From Octopus vulgaris (Eukaryota), in assembly GCA_951406725.2 (NCBI GenBank), contig OX597817.1:116622001-116686000 (forward strand): 64,000 nucleotides of DNA, read 5' to 3'. Each line of letters opens with the position of its first letter. Within the stretch, counting starts at the first letter, position 1. Of this stretch, positions 13,105-26,784 are shown one piece after another. The position numbers and the translations under genes were made by a program. A model generated the notes under the pieces. It was not told the DNA's origin. It worked only from the letters and a program-made list of their open reading frames with translations, and did not search any database.

Positions 13105-13165
<61 letters not shown>

Positions 13166-13240
13166 TATATATGCACATATATACATATATATGCATATAT
13201 CTATTTATATTTGCACGTATCTATGTATGTAAAGTTAGAA

Positions 13241-13280
<40 letters not shown>

Positions 13281-13781
13281 ATATATGTATATATATATGT
13301 ATGTATACATCTATATGTATGTGTACCAACACACATACATACATGTATATATTTGTCAGAATGTGTTTCATGTACTTCTTTTAGACAACCCAAAATAGAG
13401 AACATAAAAAAAGTGAGTGATCCCTTACAATGGTTCATTAAATTTTTAACATTCTTCAAAATGTTTGAAGAGAATCTTTGGAGAGAATCATCATTAATAC
13501 ACGTCTCTATTGGAGACTTTCATGTGACAAAAGATTTCGTGCAAAAATAGTAGGTGTGGTTATAGGAATAGGATTCGTGATATAGAAGGGCAATATAATA
13601 TTGTTCCCCTATCTCTATCACACAATGCAACATGTCTATGATTTCATATAATTTAGATGAACTTATAATAATTCATACTGTGCTATTTCAGATATTGTTA
13701 AAGGAAAACAATGTTGCTATTTTTCATGCACCATTTTTGCCAGTGATATAAATATATAACATGTGCACATAAATATATGTA

Positions 13782-13835
<54 letters not shown>

Positions 13836-13899
13836 TAAGTACACACATACACGTGTGTGCATTGGTATATAGATACATATGTATATGTGTATGTAATAT

Positions 13900-14125
13900 T
13901 CATATATATACACATACACATATATATCCATATTATATATATATACATACACATATATATCCACATTATATATATAAATACATACACATATATATCCATT
14001 TTATATATATAAATACATACACATATATCCATTTTATATATATAAATACATACACATATATATCCATACTATATATATAAATACATACACATATATATCC
14101 ATACTATATATATAAATACATAATA
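13900..14125. repeat. About 30-bp minisatellite derived from (TA)n
   Basis: Unit approximately atatatcca(tt/ta)tatatatataaatacatacac, about 6 copies. Confidence 0.8.
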
Positions 14126-15053
14126 TATATAAATTATTATTATTATATATAAATATATATAAATAAATTACATATATATATATATATATATAATATATAT
14201 AAAGGTATTATCAGAATATGACAATATCACATTGAAATAACTTTACTGATGGTGATTCATGCTGTTTTGAAGATTTACACATAGAAATAAAAATGTTAAA
14301 TCATTTTCAGCTATTTCATCTCATCTCTCCTTCCTATTTTGTGCTAAAATATAATGTTTGAAACAATTTATTGTGAATTTTGAGTGCATTTGTTATTACT
14401 TGTTGCCATATATAGTTATATGTGCACTTGTGAACCAATGAATATGTCTTTACATGGTGCTCCGACAGCCACAAATACTTCAAAAAATATCATTTAGATT
14501 AGACACCAGTGTCATGTAAAGAGAAGCAGTATTGTATAATGCAATGCATGCAATGAGTGTGAAAAGGATAGAATGGCTTGAAGACATTTGATAATGTCTC
14601 TCCACAGTTTGAATTGGTCAGTTGTAATATAAATATATAATCATTTTTTTTCTTATTTCTGATGAAAATCTTCCTTAACATTTCACAATCTAAAAGCCAT
14701 ATTCTTCATAAATATCATTATCCATAATTCTAAAAGTGTATTTCTTCATTCAACTTATCACATTACATATATATGCAGGTGAGCCTCAACAAAATTATAA
14801 TCATTATAATGAGTTGCTGATATTGTTAGTTGCAGGAATACATAGGAGCTAATATGGTGAGACATTCTGGTTAAGAAGTTCCCTATGCAATAGCTTGCTG
14901 TCTAGTTCAGTTTCATTGCATGGTGCTTAATCTAAGTTTCTTCCACTATAGCTCCAGGCCAATCAAAGCCTAAATGCATAGATTTGATAGACAGAAATTG
15001 AAAGACACATTCTTATATGTGTGTTTTTTGTGCATATATGTGTATTATATATT

Positions 15054-15097
<44 letters not shown>

Positions 15098-15108
15098 TAT
15101 ATATATGT

Positions 15109-15976
15109 ACTGGGTGCAATTGATAAATTATCGTAATTTTCAGTTTGTAATTTCACACATGCACATTGTTTTTGATTTCATTGATGAGAGAGTATAGTAG
15201 GGTTATCTGGGCACTGTTTGTGGGAGAGATAGCATCATAATGCAATTCATTTTGCCAGATATTTGGAAATGACATGCCATACTACTTGGTATTAGCACTA
15301 GAAACTTCAGTACAAATATTCCAGAGTGTTTGGGTGTCAATCTAAGGACAGTGCAATCTGAGGACGTGTACTGAGAGTGATGAAAATCAAATGTCCACTC
15401 AACATCATGGTGTTTGGAGTAATCATTAGTGATGGTGATGTTATGCCTCCATTCATCTTTCCACAAGGCCTCAGACCCAACACAGAGGCCTACATCAAGT
15501 GCCTAGTGGAGGTAGTGCTGCCCTGAGTCAAGAGGGTGGCTACTGGAAAACACTATGTCTGGCAATGGGACTCTGCACCATGCCACACAAGCATGACTGG
15601 AGAAGCCAGTCAAGGCTATGAGACTATTTCTGCAACTGCATCACCTTAACATCTGGCCACCTAACTTCCTAGACTGCAACCTCCCTTGATTATTATGTGT
15701 GGGGCACATTTGAGTGAGCGACCAACAAATCTTGCAATACCAAAAAGCAACTAAAGGCCAGGATTATGGCAGCATTCACCAACTTAAACAAGGAAACCGT
15801 CCAGAAGAGTTGGAGGAGATTCTGAAGTTGTCTGGAAGCTGTGGTTGAAGCGAATTGTGATTTCATTGAATAAATTTACTCTATAGTATTTCAAGATAAA
15901 TTTATGTAATTTTGGTAAATATACTTGTTACAACGGGATGAGAGTGTTATTTTCACTTTTGCATAATTTAGATTCC
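15109..15976 (+). mobile_element. Tc1/mariner (maT/DD37D-like) degenerate transposon
   Basis: IMVFGV..DGDVMPPFIF..YVWQWDSAPCHT..WPPN..DCNPLDYYVWG with stops and frameshifts; homologous to 42607-43440. Confidence 0.85.
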
Positions 15977-16013
15977 ACAATATTCATCACACCCTTTGTG
16001 TGCACGCACGCGC

Positions 16014-16066
<53 letters not shown>

Positions 16067-16068
16067 CA

Positions 16069-16322
16069 TATAATCTGAATATTATAGTATTAAGAATCCA
16101 TCATGGTTGGTCTTACGAATCAGTTGCATGCAAAAAATGCAATGGAGTGTTAGGTAAGAATCCAGTTATATAAATATGCTCATCATATTCCCTTCCTTGT
16201 CAGCTACCTCTGATGAGCGTATTTATATAACTGGATAGTTACCAAACTCTCCATTGTATTTTTTGTGTGAAACCGATTGGTAAGACTAGCTGTGATGGAT
16301 ACTATAATATTCAGGTTATATA
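16069..16322. repeat. Fold-back inverted repeat containing an HHR
   Basis: Diverged arms about 16069-16185 and 16212-16322, beside TA/TG microsatellites. Confidence 0.8.
16202..16291 (+). ncRNA. Type-I hammerhead ribozyme with long stem II
   Basis: agcta..ct-CTGATGA(16210)-gc..gt-GAAA-cc-gatt-gg-TA-ag..tagct. Confidence 0.7.
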
Positions 16323-16385
16323 CCCTCTCTACTAACAGTTATATGAGTGCATCTTCTCCCTGACTTATGATCTCTTAGACCACTC

Positions 16386-16419
<34 letters not shown>

Positions 16420-16425
16420 ATAAAA

Positions 16426-17165
16426 TCATCATCATCATCATTGTCTAATGTCTGCTTTTCATGCTGGTATGGGTTGGATGATGACTGGAAAACCAGATGG
16501 CTGCACCAGGCTCTAATCTGATCTGGCAGAGTTCCTAGAGCTGGGTGCCCTTCCTAACGCCAAGAGTGTAGTGGGTGCTTCTATGTGCCACTGACACGAG
16601 GGCTTGTCAGGTGGTACTGGCAACAGACTTGCTCAAATGGTGTTTTTTTTACATGTCACCTGCACAGGAGCCAGTCCAGTGGCACTTGGAATGACCTCGC
16701 TGAAATGTTGTTTTTCACCTGCCACCGGCACAAGTGCCAGTAAGGCGATGCTGGTAGCGATCACGCTCAAATGGTGCTTTTTACATGCCACCGGCATGGG
16801 AGCCAGTCAGTGGTCCTAGCAATGATCACTCTCAGATGGTGCTCTTATTGCTCCACTAGCATGGTTTCCAGTCATGTGATGCTGTCATCGAATTTTGATT
16901 TTGCTTTCACTTGCCTCAAGCAGAGTTTAGTGTCCAATGCAGGAAAGGTATGCATAAATGGGCTAGTTATACCACTGGCATAGACCACAGATTATGGTCT
17001 CACTTGGCTTGCTGGGTCTTCTCAATCACAGCATATTTCATCATCATCTTCATCATCATCATCATCAACATCATTGTTTAACGTCTGCTTTCCATGCTGG
17101 CATGGGTTGAACTGTTTGACTGAGGACTGGTAAGCCAGATGGCTGCACCAGGCTCCAATCTGATA
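16426..17165 (-). mobile_element. RTE LINE 3' UTR fragments (two tails)
   Basis: Reverse complement of the 6040-6650 sequence, with (ATC)n tails at 16426 and 17040. Confidence 0.85.
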
Positions 17166-17774
17166 GTAGTAGTAGAATGCTAACAATTATGTTTAAATTC
17201 CACCTAGTTCTCTCACTCGGATTTCCTTGTTTGTCATTCTTAATGTTGTGTATGCATCTTAAACAGAATATTTATATCATTGCATAGAAATACAATTTTA
17301 TATATGTGTCTGCACAACTCTGTGTTTCTATCTGTCTGTCATGGTTCTGCTTTGGTTGCACCCCTCTAACTTAGCTCTTTGGTTTCAAGAGAGCCAATAA
17401 AATAAGTATGAGACTTAAAATAAATATCTAGGGATGGTTTGATTAATTTAATCCTTCAATGTGCATTGTCCCAGTCTAATTAAGGGAACGACTGAAAAAA
17501 TATAAGAATACTAGTGATATGTAATATAATATAGTATAATATGTAATATATAATATGAATTTAAAATGGGTAATATTTGTTGGAATACATATCTTTCTGG
17601 ACACTAGGTGTATAAATACTGGTGTATATAGACTAATCAAGAACTTCATCGCTCAGCTATCAAATGAAAATGAATTCAAGGACAGCTAAATATATAATAT
17701 ACACCTATGTGATAAAAGTCATATAACACAACATGCCACAACAGAGACAAAGCATTTTCTAAACAGGTTACTTC

Positions 17775-17915
17775 ATAAACAGGCCACTATGTAGATAGAC
17801 CATTCTGAGGCAACTGTAGACAAGTGGCTCCATAGACAAGCCACTAAACAGAAATACCATTTTGTACACAAGCCATTGCATAAACAAGTCACGAAATAGA
17901 TACACTACCACTATA
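17775..17915. repeat. Degenerate minisatellite of about 14-15 bp
   Basis: Recurrent tagacaagccac / taaacaggccac / tagacaagtggc units. Confidence 0.55.
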
Positions 17916-18934
17916 ACATTTGAATTCATTCTTTTTGTACACAGATATAATACAATTAAGTAAATCAGCAAATTCAGATAAAATCCAAACTTGAAATACA
18001 TATAACTATTTCTCAAAAATACTGCATGAAAACATTTTGCACAGTAGAATCTAGAGAAGGATCCAATAAATTTGATGGTAAGAATGATATTTAAATCAAT
18101 ATTTAAAAAGTATTTTTAAATTAATATTTCTCAGACTAAATGAATTGAAAAGATCTTGAAGCATATATCTTAAAATATAAATAATTTATATTATAAATAT
18201 TATATTTGTCTTAAAATGTATGCCTCATAGTGGTTTTAATTCATTTACTGTGCATAATTTCATATCAGTTTATTAGGTTACTGAGATATGTGCTCATGCA
18301 CCAGAGGATTTGTAAACCTAGTTACCAGGAACACGTAAGTGTCCTCATACATACATATTTTTAACGTGATAAGTCTCAAGCTGCATTTAATTCAGTTAGT
18401 CTACGTAATTTTATTTTAATTTGTATATTACTCTAAGCTTCAAGCTCATTGCGTTCTTTGATAAGTACTGCTTATGGCATATGGAGGTAGATGAAATTAG
18501 GAAATGAGATGTTATTTAATAAATTTTCATACATTTTTGAACTAATATAGTTTATCTTTTAAACAATTTGAAGTGAGAAGGTTTCTGTTAATGTTTCAAT
18601 AAGGTCATCCCACAGTATTTTGAAAAAGTAGAGAAAATGATAAGAATACAAAATATGAATCTTTGGATTTGTGTAAGATTATTCATTTAAGCCAGTCTAG
18701 TAGACCTTAAGAATACATTAAGAATACATGTACAACCTGAATATTATTTGCAGGTGGTGAAAGAGATGCTTAGTCAGACAAAAGCTAATTATTTTCTAAT
18801 TAGATGAGACATTTACATTTATTAGTAAAACTAACGAACAGACACTGAATTGTTTCACATCCTAAATTAAGTTTTTGTTCTTCTCTTTCATTTACTTTGT
18901 CTTTGAATTTCTTTTAAAATGGATGTCAATTGTT

Positions 18935-19270
18935 ACTTTGGGGAAGAAACATAGAATATGACAAAAGAACTAAGAAGCAAGCTAATAACAGCTCTATATA
19001 TGCACAAATGCATTATACAAGGAATTACATAGAAAGACCTTATGACAATGTAATGGATCTGAAAACAAATAAAATTATATGCCATTGTTAGGTTCATGAA
19101 ATCATTGAAATCTAGGTTGGGTTGGACATGTGGAAAGGACGAGTGACAACTGATTGACGTAAAAGTTGACAGATTGGAATTTGATAGACTGGAAAAGAAA
19201 CAGAGTATGACGCTGAAGGAGAAGGAAATGGAATTTTGGTACAATTGCTAAACTGAAGTTTGAGCATCCA
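18935..19270 (+). mobile_element. Old RTE-like LINE fragment
   Basis: Broken translation FGEET..TKELRSKL..WVGHVERTSDN resembles an RTE ORF C-terminus. Confidence 0.6.
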
Positions 19271-19614
19271 AAGATGAATGATAAGAAGCAATGGGAATAA
19301 TATTCATCCAGTTGCTGGAGAGAAATAATTGATTTCGATGATCAATAACATTACAAAATCAAACATTAAGAAGAGAAATTTCATTCTGGCTTAAATTTAG
19401 TGATTATAACTTTTCGTTGGTATTGATGACAATATATGGTGTTATGTAATGTCTATAATGATGATATATATTTCAAAATCTCAAAGTATACTGCAAATTC
19501 AACTTAGTTCTTAATAATATCCTGTTCATGTCTTCATTGGTAAATTCTCTCACAAACAGAAACATTGCAGCATTTCATAGCATATTTATTTGGCCTTAAA
19601 TGATAAAATATCTT

Positions 19615-19780
19615 ACATTGACATTATTTACATTATTTACATTATTTACATTTGATGGATATTTGTCCACATCTTGATTTTTGCTAACACAACATTTCAG
19701 CTGATATAACCTCCAGCCTTCATCATATGTCTTGGGGAAATTTCAAACCTGGATTCTCATTCCCAAGGTATTTTTCGATG

Positions 19781-19847
<67 letters not shown>

Positions 19848-19866
19848 CATCATCATCATCATCATC

Positions 19867-19922
<56 letters not shown>

Positions 19923-19990
19923 CATCATCATCATCATCATTATTATTATTATTATTATCATTATTATTATTATTATTATCATCATCATCA

Positions 19991-20021
<31 letters not shown>

Positions 20022-20047
20022 CATCATCATCATCTTTGTTATTATTA

Positions 20048-20111
<64 letters not shown>

Positions 20112-20183
20112 CATCATCATTGTTATTATTATTGTTATTATTACAGTTATTATTGTTATTATAATTATTATTATTATTATTAA

Positions 20184-20218
<35 letters not shown>

Positions 20219-20290
20219 TCACTGCATGGAATCGAACTCAGAATCTTGAGGTTAGTAGCCTGTGCTCTTAACCACTACACCATATGCCCG
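19615..20290 (-). mobile_element. tRNA-headed SINE with internal (TAA/TGA)n and HHR-bearing tail, copy 1
   Basis: Head gggcatatggtgtagtggttaag..ctgagttcgattcc (20216-20290); HHR relic 19687-19730; same family as 25372-25715. Confidence 0.85.
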
Positions 20291-20579
20291 TGTATTTTAC
20301 ATTAAATTCTTATTACACTTGTTTCACCTCTAGGCTGGTTCTTATCAAGAAAAAGTATGATGAAAGACATTGTAGACATGGCCATCCCAGGTTTTTTAAA
20401 CATTGTTACCATAACTACATAATCCAGTGTGCTTTTCTTTGCCATAGAGTCAATAGGCCCTATTTTTATGGTGTTTCTAAAAAGTTACATGACTTGTTAG
20501 AAAAATTTCCTTCAGTAGTTTGTTCATGTTTGACTTTTTCCATGATATAATAACTGAAAAGCTTTGTATAGGAAAAAGC

Positions 20580-20980
20580 ATACATATGGGTTAAGAAGTT
20601 TGTTTCCCTACTACATGGTTCCATGTTCAGTCCCACTATTATGTACTTTGGGCAAGTGTTCTTTACTATAGCACCAGTTGACCAAAGCCTTGTGAGTGAA
20701 TTTGCTAGACGGAAACTGAAAAGAACCTATCACATTTATATGTGAGTGTGTGTGTGTGTATGCGTGAATACGTTTATACATGTGTGTGACTTTGGTCTTA
20801 TTTTTATCCCATACCACATCTTGACAACCAGTGTTGGTTTGGTTGTGTCCCCATAAATTAGTAGTTTGGCTATAGAGACCAATATTAAAAAAGAAAGTAC
20901 TTGGGTCAATTCATTCAACTAAAAGACTTCAAGACAGTGCCCCAGCATTGAAACAATGACTGAAGCAAGGTAAAGATAAA
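20580..20980 (+). mobile_element. tRNA-derived SINE (gttcagtcccact..ttgggcaagtg family)
   Basis: Homologous to 52697-53110. Confidence 0.8.
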
Positions 20981-21477
20981 TCTGGACAGTTGCAAAAATA
21001 CTTGAAACAGTTCTCTGTCACTTGATTGTGTTCTAATTGACAGTAATACTAGGCAAAATGAGTCTGGAATTATTTAGACTGTAAGTAGATTGTAATGATT
21101 GACTGATATAAATTATTCAAGAATTCATTACAGGATAATTGGTATTAACAATTAATAAGAGCTTGATACTAATTGAGTGTGAATGAAACAAGGATATCTT
21201 ATCAACATAAAACTGTTAAGATAAGAAAATTAATTAATAATATGTGAAAACTTATTGTAGCATTAACATGGTTCAGTGTAACAATAGTCAATTAACTAAT
21301 TAATGAAATTGAAAATAATGAGGTTATTTTTATGATCAGGAACAATGTCATTGCCTGTTGCAATGAAAAGGAATGGGGTCCACTAAAGAGGAAAACTATG
21401 TGGAAGAATAGTGTAAATTAATTGAGTATTGAAGGCTCAGGAAAACTAGTCTATAATTTATTTGAATCTGTTAATAT

Positions 21478-21692
21478 TGATTTCAAATTTTTGTACAAGG
21501 CCAGCAAATTTGGTGGAGGAGTTAAGTTGATTACATTGGCCCTAATACTCAACTGGTGCTTATTTCATCAACCCTGAAAAGATGAAAGGCAAAGCTGACG
21601 CTGGAGGAATTTGAAATCAGAACATGAAGATGGACAAAATACCATTAAGCATTTCATCCAGCATGCTTACAATTCTACCAGCTTGCCACCTT
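21478..21692 (-). mobile_element. tRNA-derived SINE (same family as 1277-1489)
   Basis: gatgaaaggcaaag..ggaatttgaa motifs. Confidence 0.8.
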
Positions 21693-21809
21693 TTGGATAC
21701 GTTAATATTTGTTGAATAAACATTATGTTTGTAGTTGAACCAAAATAGTAGGGTTGTCATTTCTAGTGAAATAATGACAATGAATGCCCATGCTAATAAC
21801 TAAGTAATA

Positions 21810-22152
21810 GAGGAGGAGACCCCCTTCGGTCATGAATAACCATGGGATTGCACCTAGAAAGTTACACTCCGAGGCACAAGTCAGGGAAAAATTGTTTGTG
21901 GAAGGCTAGCAGTCACCCATGCATACCAGCATCCCCTCTCCACACCACTGATGTTATCCAAGGGAAAGGCAAAGGCCGATACAGCTTGGCACCAGTGACA
22001 TCACAACTCATTTCTACGGCTGAGTTAACTGGAGCAACATGAAAATAAAGTATCTTGCTCAAGAACACAACACACAGCCTGATTCATTAATTAAACTCAC
22101 AACCTCATGACCGTAAGCTCTATGCTCTAGCCACTGAGCCATGTGCCTTCAC
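21810..22152 (-). mobile_element. tRNA-derived SINE with 12-bp TSD
   Basis: Head gtgaaggcacatggctcagtgg; TSD aactaagtaata at 21798-21809 and 22153-22164. Confidence 0.9.
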
Positions 22153-22916
22153 AACTAAGTAATAACATATTGAAATAATATTTAAGATAGATCATTTCCT
22201 TCTGCAGCTAGCATAAAAACACATCAAAGAACCTCGGGATAACTGATGAGTACTTAAAAGACAATATTCAACTACTGAGTGCTAAATATAGGAAAAGGAT
22301 CAGGAACTTACTGAGAAATATAGTACACTAAACCTCAACATTTAATTGTAATTTAATATTGTAATAATGATAGATATGTTTTCTCTGAAAAGACAATTCA
22401 AATGGTCAAACTTATTGAGTTTCACCATAAAATAATAAGAAAAATATATGCAAAATATATTAACATAGGATTAAAAACAATATCAATATCAAATTTCAAA
22501 TTAAAAATTTTTGAATGTTAAAATTACAAGAATTAAGCCTTGGAAAAGGGGATATGATTTCGATTTTCTTTTGTGTTCCTATGTACTTGAATCCTTTTAA
22601 ATTCACTTCAAATAACTGCACAAATATTTCATGTAAAGAAATGCATATTATAGTTTATTTCAATTACACATGGCAACACTGCATAAATTACAGTTCCAAA
22701 ATGACATGTGGAAGATATCCTGGTCAGAACTAAGAAAAATTTTAACATTATTTCCACACATGGGATAATGCATCTCTCTTAATCATTTATATTCTCAAGG
22801 AAGCCACCACATGGTTTCTCAACCAAATAGGCCTTTAATTAAACCCATCAACTGAAACTTTGCAGAAATTATATTAAGCTTTTAATTAAAGAGCCTTTAA
22901 TTTACACCCTACCAAC

Positions 22917-23369
22917 TTAACTGCCTAGCATTTAAACCAGCCATATGTGACCTAAATTTTCTACCTGTTTAATGTTCAACTTAGCCAAATCTAAACTCTG
23001 AACCTTACACTACAATGTCATTCTAAAAATAAACAATCATATCACCAAATCTTGAAGACATGAGATAATCCATGATTAATACGACAGAATGTGAATAAAT
23101 AAGCACTGCATTTAACCCTTTCGTTACCAACCTGGCTGAAACTGCCTCTGGCTCTGTAGTACAAGTGTCTTGTTTTCATAAGTTTTGAATTCAAACCTTC
23201 CATCAAATCTTAGCCACAATTAATGTTCCGAACATTAGTTTAATGATAACTAAATTATTATACTAAATTCTTTGTTATATTTAAAATTAATTGAAAGATA
23301 CGCAAAGCGTCTCAAAATAAATACAGTAATGAAAGGGTTAATAGTGTAATCTGAGTGCTAAAAGGCTAA
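22917..23369. mobile_element. piggyBac-type MITE (older, outer)
   Basis: Degenerate termini ttaactgcctagcattta and gtgctaaaaggctaa. Confidence 0.55.
23116..23337. mobile_element. piggyBac-type MITE nested at TTAA
   Basis: TTAA-ccctttcgttac ... gtaatgaaaggg-TTAA. Confidence 0.85.
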
Positions 23370-24187
23370 ATATTTAAGAAATGATATTGGATAATGTAGA
23401 AGAGGAAATAAATATAAATACATGGGGAAATGAAAGGTATGATGTCTTAAATAATAGACAAGGGTGACATGGGGTTAAACAACATCAAAATATCTGGTGT
23501 CCTAGACACCTGACTAAACCCAAGAGTGATATCAAAATTAACACAAAAATCTTTAAAATCTAAGCCTCAAATGTAATGTTCATATTTGTACTTGTTCTTT
23601 TTATTTCAAGGGCTTTCATCTTAGCAACATGGCTAAATACCAGCACCAATCAAAAGTGGATCATTAAAATTGACTCTAATTTACTTATGACTCCACGAAA
23701 ACTAACTGTATACTAAGCACTTGTTTCATGCACCAATGTGCTCTGAAACATTAACCTTACATGTTGATGTTATCTTCTGCTAAATATCACAGTTTTCACA
23801 TTTTACACTTTACTAATCATTCCATCAACCCAAATTTGCAACACCACTCTTTTGTAGATGTAAGGATAAAATAATTGTTTTTGCACATGATTAACATATT
23901 TTTATTGTTTAGTTTCAATTGGCTGCTAAATGTTTAAGCATATTCACTATATTGATTATTGAAAATCAATATTGGTTTTTCTATTGTGCTTTATGAAACA
24001 TGGCATGTTTAACATAATTTTACAAAAACACTGATACACACTGATACATATAATTTCATACACACCTATATGCATATACATACAGACATGCATACACAAG
24101 TGTGAGAGGGGTTGTGTGCATATATATGGGGTGAGAGATATAATATTTCAAATCCTGTTAGTCTATAACCATGAAAGAACTCCTGTA

Positions 24188-24279
<92 letters not shown>

Positions 24280-24636
24280 TAAACATACATATATATCTGT
24301 AAACAGATACATGCACATACACATGCAAACATAAACATGCATACACTCAACCACTCAAACTTAAAGACACATAAACATACATATTCCACACAAAAATACT
24401 TGGGTGATATCATTTTTAAGTCTACTTTTTCCATAATACCACTGGCTGCATTAAAATTCTGAGGAAGTACTAAATGGCAGAGTGCTCTTCCTCAAAGCTA
24501 CACTAATTACTTTTCAAAATCAGTACATTTTCTCCTGATTTCAATGTTGAACTGCCAAGCTGCTGGATATAAACAAACCTCAAAGTTACCCCACAGGTGT
24601 CAATGCTTCCTTATATACTTATACACATCTATCTGT

Positions 24637-24712
<76 letters not shown>

Positions 24713-24973
24713 ATATACTATATCTATCTAACTATATATACACATATATCTATCTAACTATATATACACATACATACATATAATAGGCATCTACACACAC
24801 ATATATATATATATATATAACAATTTCAGCCAGTCAAATTTATGTACATAACATTGGCCAACATAGCATTAGCAAGGGACACTTGCCCAAGTTGCCATGA
24901 AATTGAACTGAACATGAACTCATACTCATATGGTTGCACAGCCATGCTTGTGCCCCCCCCCCCACATATATAC

Positions 24974-25031
<58 letters not shown>

Positions 25032-25071
25032 GGTAGAAAATATTTTAGAGGGGGAACAAATGTCGTTGGAT

Positions 25072-25448
25072 ATATGCAGAAAGAGAAAAGTTGAAAAAAC
25101 ACAGATTTGTTTTATAGGATGAAGGAGAGTATTAGAGTTATAATAATAAAGATATACAACTTTGTTCATAATAAGATTTTGTTCTTTCAACATAATTAAA
25201 GAAAGAACTGGTTTCACATTGCTCATCAAGCTAAGGGTTGAAAAGCAGAGAAGACATATTACTAGGAAAGATGATAAGTGTTCACTCATTTATTTTACAG
25301 TTAAGGGGAGGTAAATCTGGAATTTTTATTTTTGGTCTGTATTTTATTCTAGCTTATATCTTACAATAGAAGGGGCATATGACGTAGTGGTTAATAGTGC
25401 GGACTACTAACCCCAAAATTCTGAGTTCGATTCCAAGCATTGACCTGA

Positions 25449-25502
<54 letters not shown>

Positions 25503-26250
25503 TTAATAATAATAACAGCAACAACAACATCGAAAGATACCTTTGGAATGAGAACCCAGGTTCAAAATTTCCCCAAGGCACCTGATAAAGGCTGGAGGGT
25601 ATATCAGCCAAAACATTGTGTTAACAATAAGATGAGGACAAATATCCATCAAATGTAAATAATATAAACAATATAAATAATGTATAAAATTATTCATCTC
25701 TTAAATATAGAACTGGGTAAGTCTTTTATTTTTAATATGGGTTCATATCTAATTCTGGTTTATATTTTTGGATAAATGAGGCTTCTTCATTCAGTCTTAC
25801 TTGTGTTGAGGTCCAGAAAGCAAGTTGATAAACGGGAAAACTACGAATTGTGGTTGTAATCGTTCTGAAGATTTGTCAATGTGTTGACTGAGATATATTT
25901 GGCAATATTGTTGGGTGGATATTTGTTGTCTGTGGACTGTACACCTCTGTCTGATCGACATTCCTGCCAAACCAATAAAGCTCTGATGGCAACCTGAGCA
26001 TCTGATAATGTAAATAAGGTTTTGAGATGCACAAGTGAAGCTAGATTTGATTTTGAATATTTGCCCTTGTCTGAAATGGAATTCTGATCATTCTAACAGA
26101 TTGGGAGCGAAACTGGGTCTTACTTTAAATATGTTGAAAAAACAGAATCTTATTTTGTACACAAGTGTATCTCTTTGTTATTATGACAATAATACACTCT
26201 TTAATCCTATAATCATGTGTTTTTTTTCATCTTTTCTCTTCCTGTATATA
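25072..26250 (-). mobile_element. PLE relic: GIY-YIG domain flanked by inverted HHR-bearing terminal repeats
   Basis: Minus translation at about 25720-26035: TCASQNLIYIIRCSGCHQSFIGLAGMSIRQRCTVHRQQI..LSQHIDK..FVVFPF..FIQKYKPEL; inverted arms 25072-25230 / 26085-26250 with HHR relics. Confidence 0.85.
25372..25715 (+). mobile_element. tRNA-headed SINE with internal (TAA)n and HHR-bearing tail, copy 2
   Basis: A-box tgacgtagtgg 25380-25390; B-box gagttcgattc 25423-25433; HHR relic 25578-25621. Confidence 0.85.
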
Positions 26251-26784
26251 GATATATATATATATACATATATATATGTATATAAATAAGCTATCATTGG
26301 ACAGTTTATGGTAATTGGAAGCAGCTAGTTTGTATATATATATATATATATACAGATAGATAGATAGATAGACAGATATATAGATAGAAATATGTGTATA
26401 TATATAATTCTAAATATCAATATCTATTCCTCCTCTCTCTCTTTGTCTCTCTCTCTCTCTATATATATATATATACACATATATATACATACATACACAC
26501 CCATATTCAATAATATATGTACGAAGGCACGGGCACGGGTCTGTGGTAAGGGGTCTTTGCTTTCTGACCTCTAGATTTCATGTTCAGTCCCACTGAATGC
26601 CACCTTGGGCAAGTAAGCCTTATGAATGGAAAGGATTTATTAGAAAGTAATTGTACATGTGTATATATATGCATGTTTGTTACTGTCTCTTTGACTTGAT
26701 ATCACACTAATCAAGTGTCACTGACATACATGGAATGTCATTCATTTCCAATCCTCTGTAAAAATATGACTAGTCATGGAGGAA

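Noticed and set aside
22243-22290. ctgatgag as a hammerhead core
   Set aside because: No properly placed GAAA, stem III or stem I
25372-25445. Functional tRNA gene (also 20216-20290, 63590-63664)
   Set aside because: A/B boxes are present but I see no complete cloverleaf, and each runs into a SINE body
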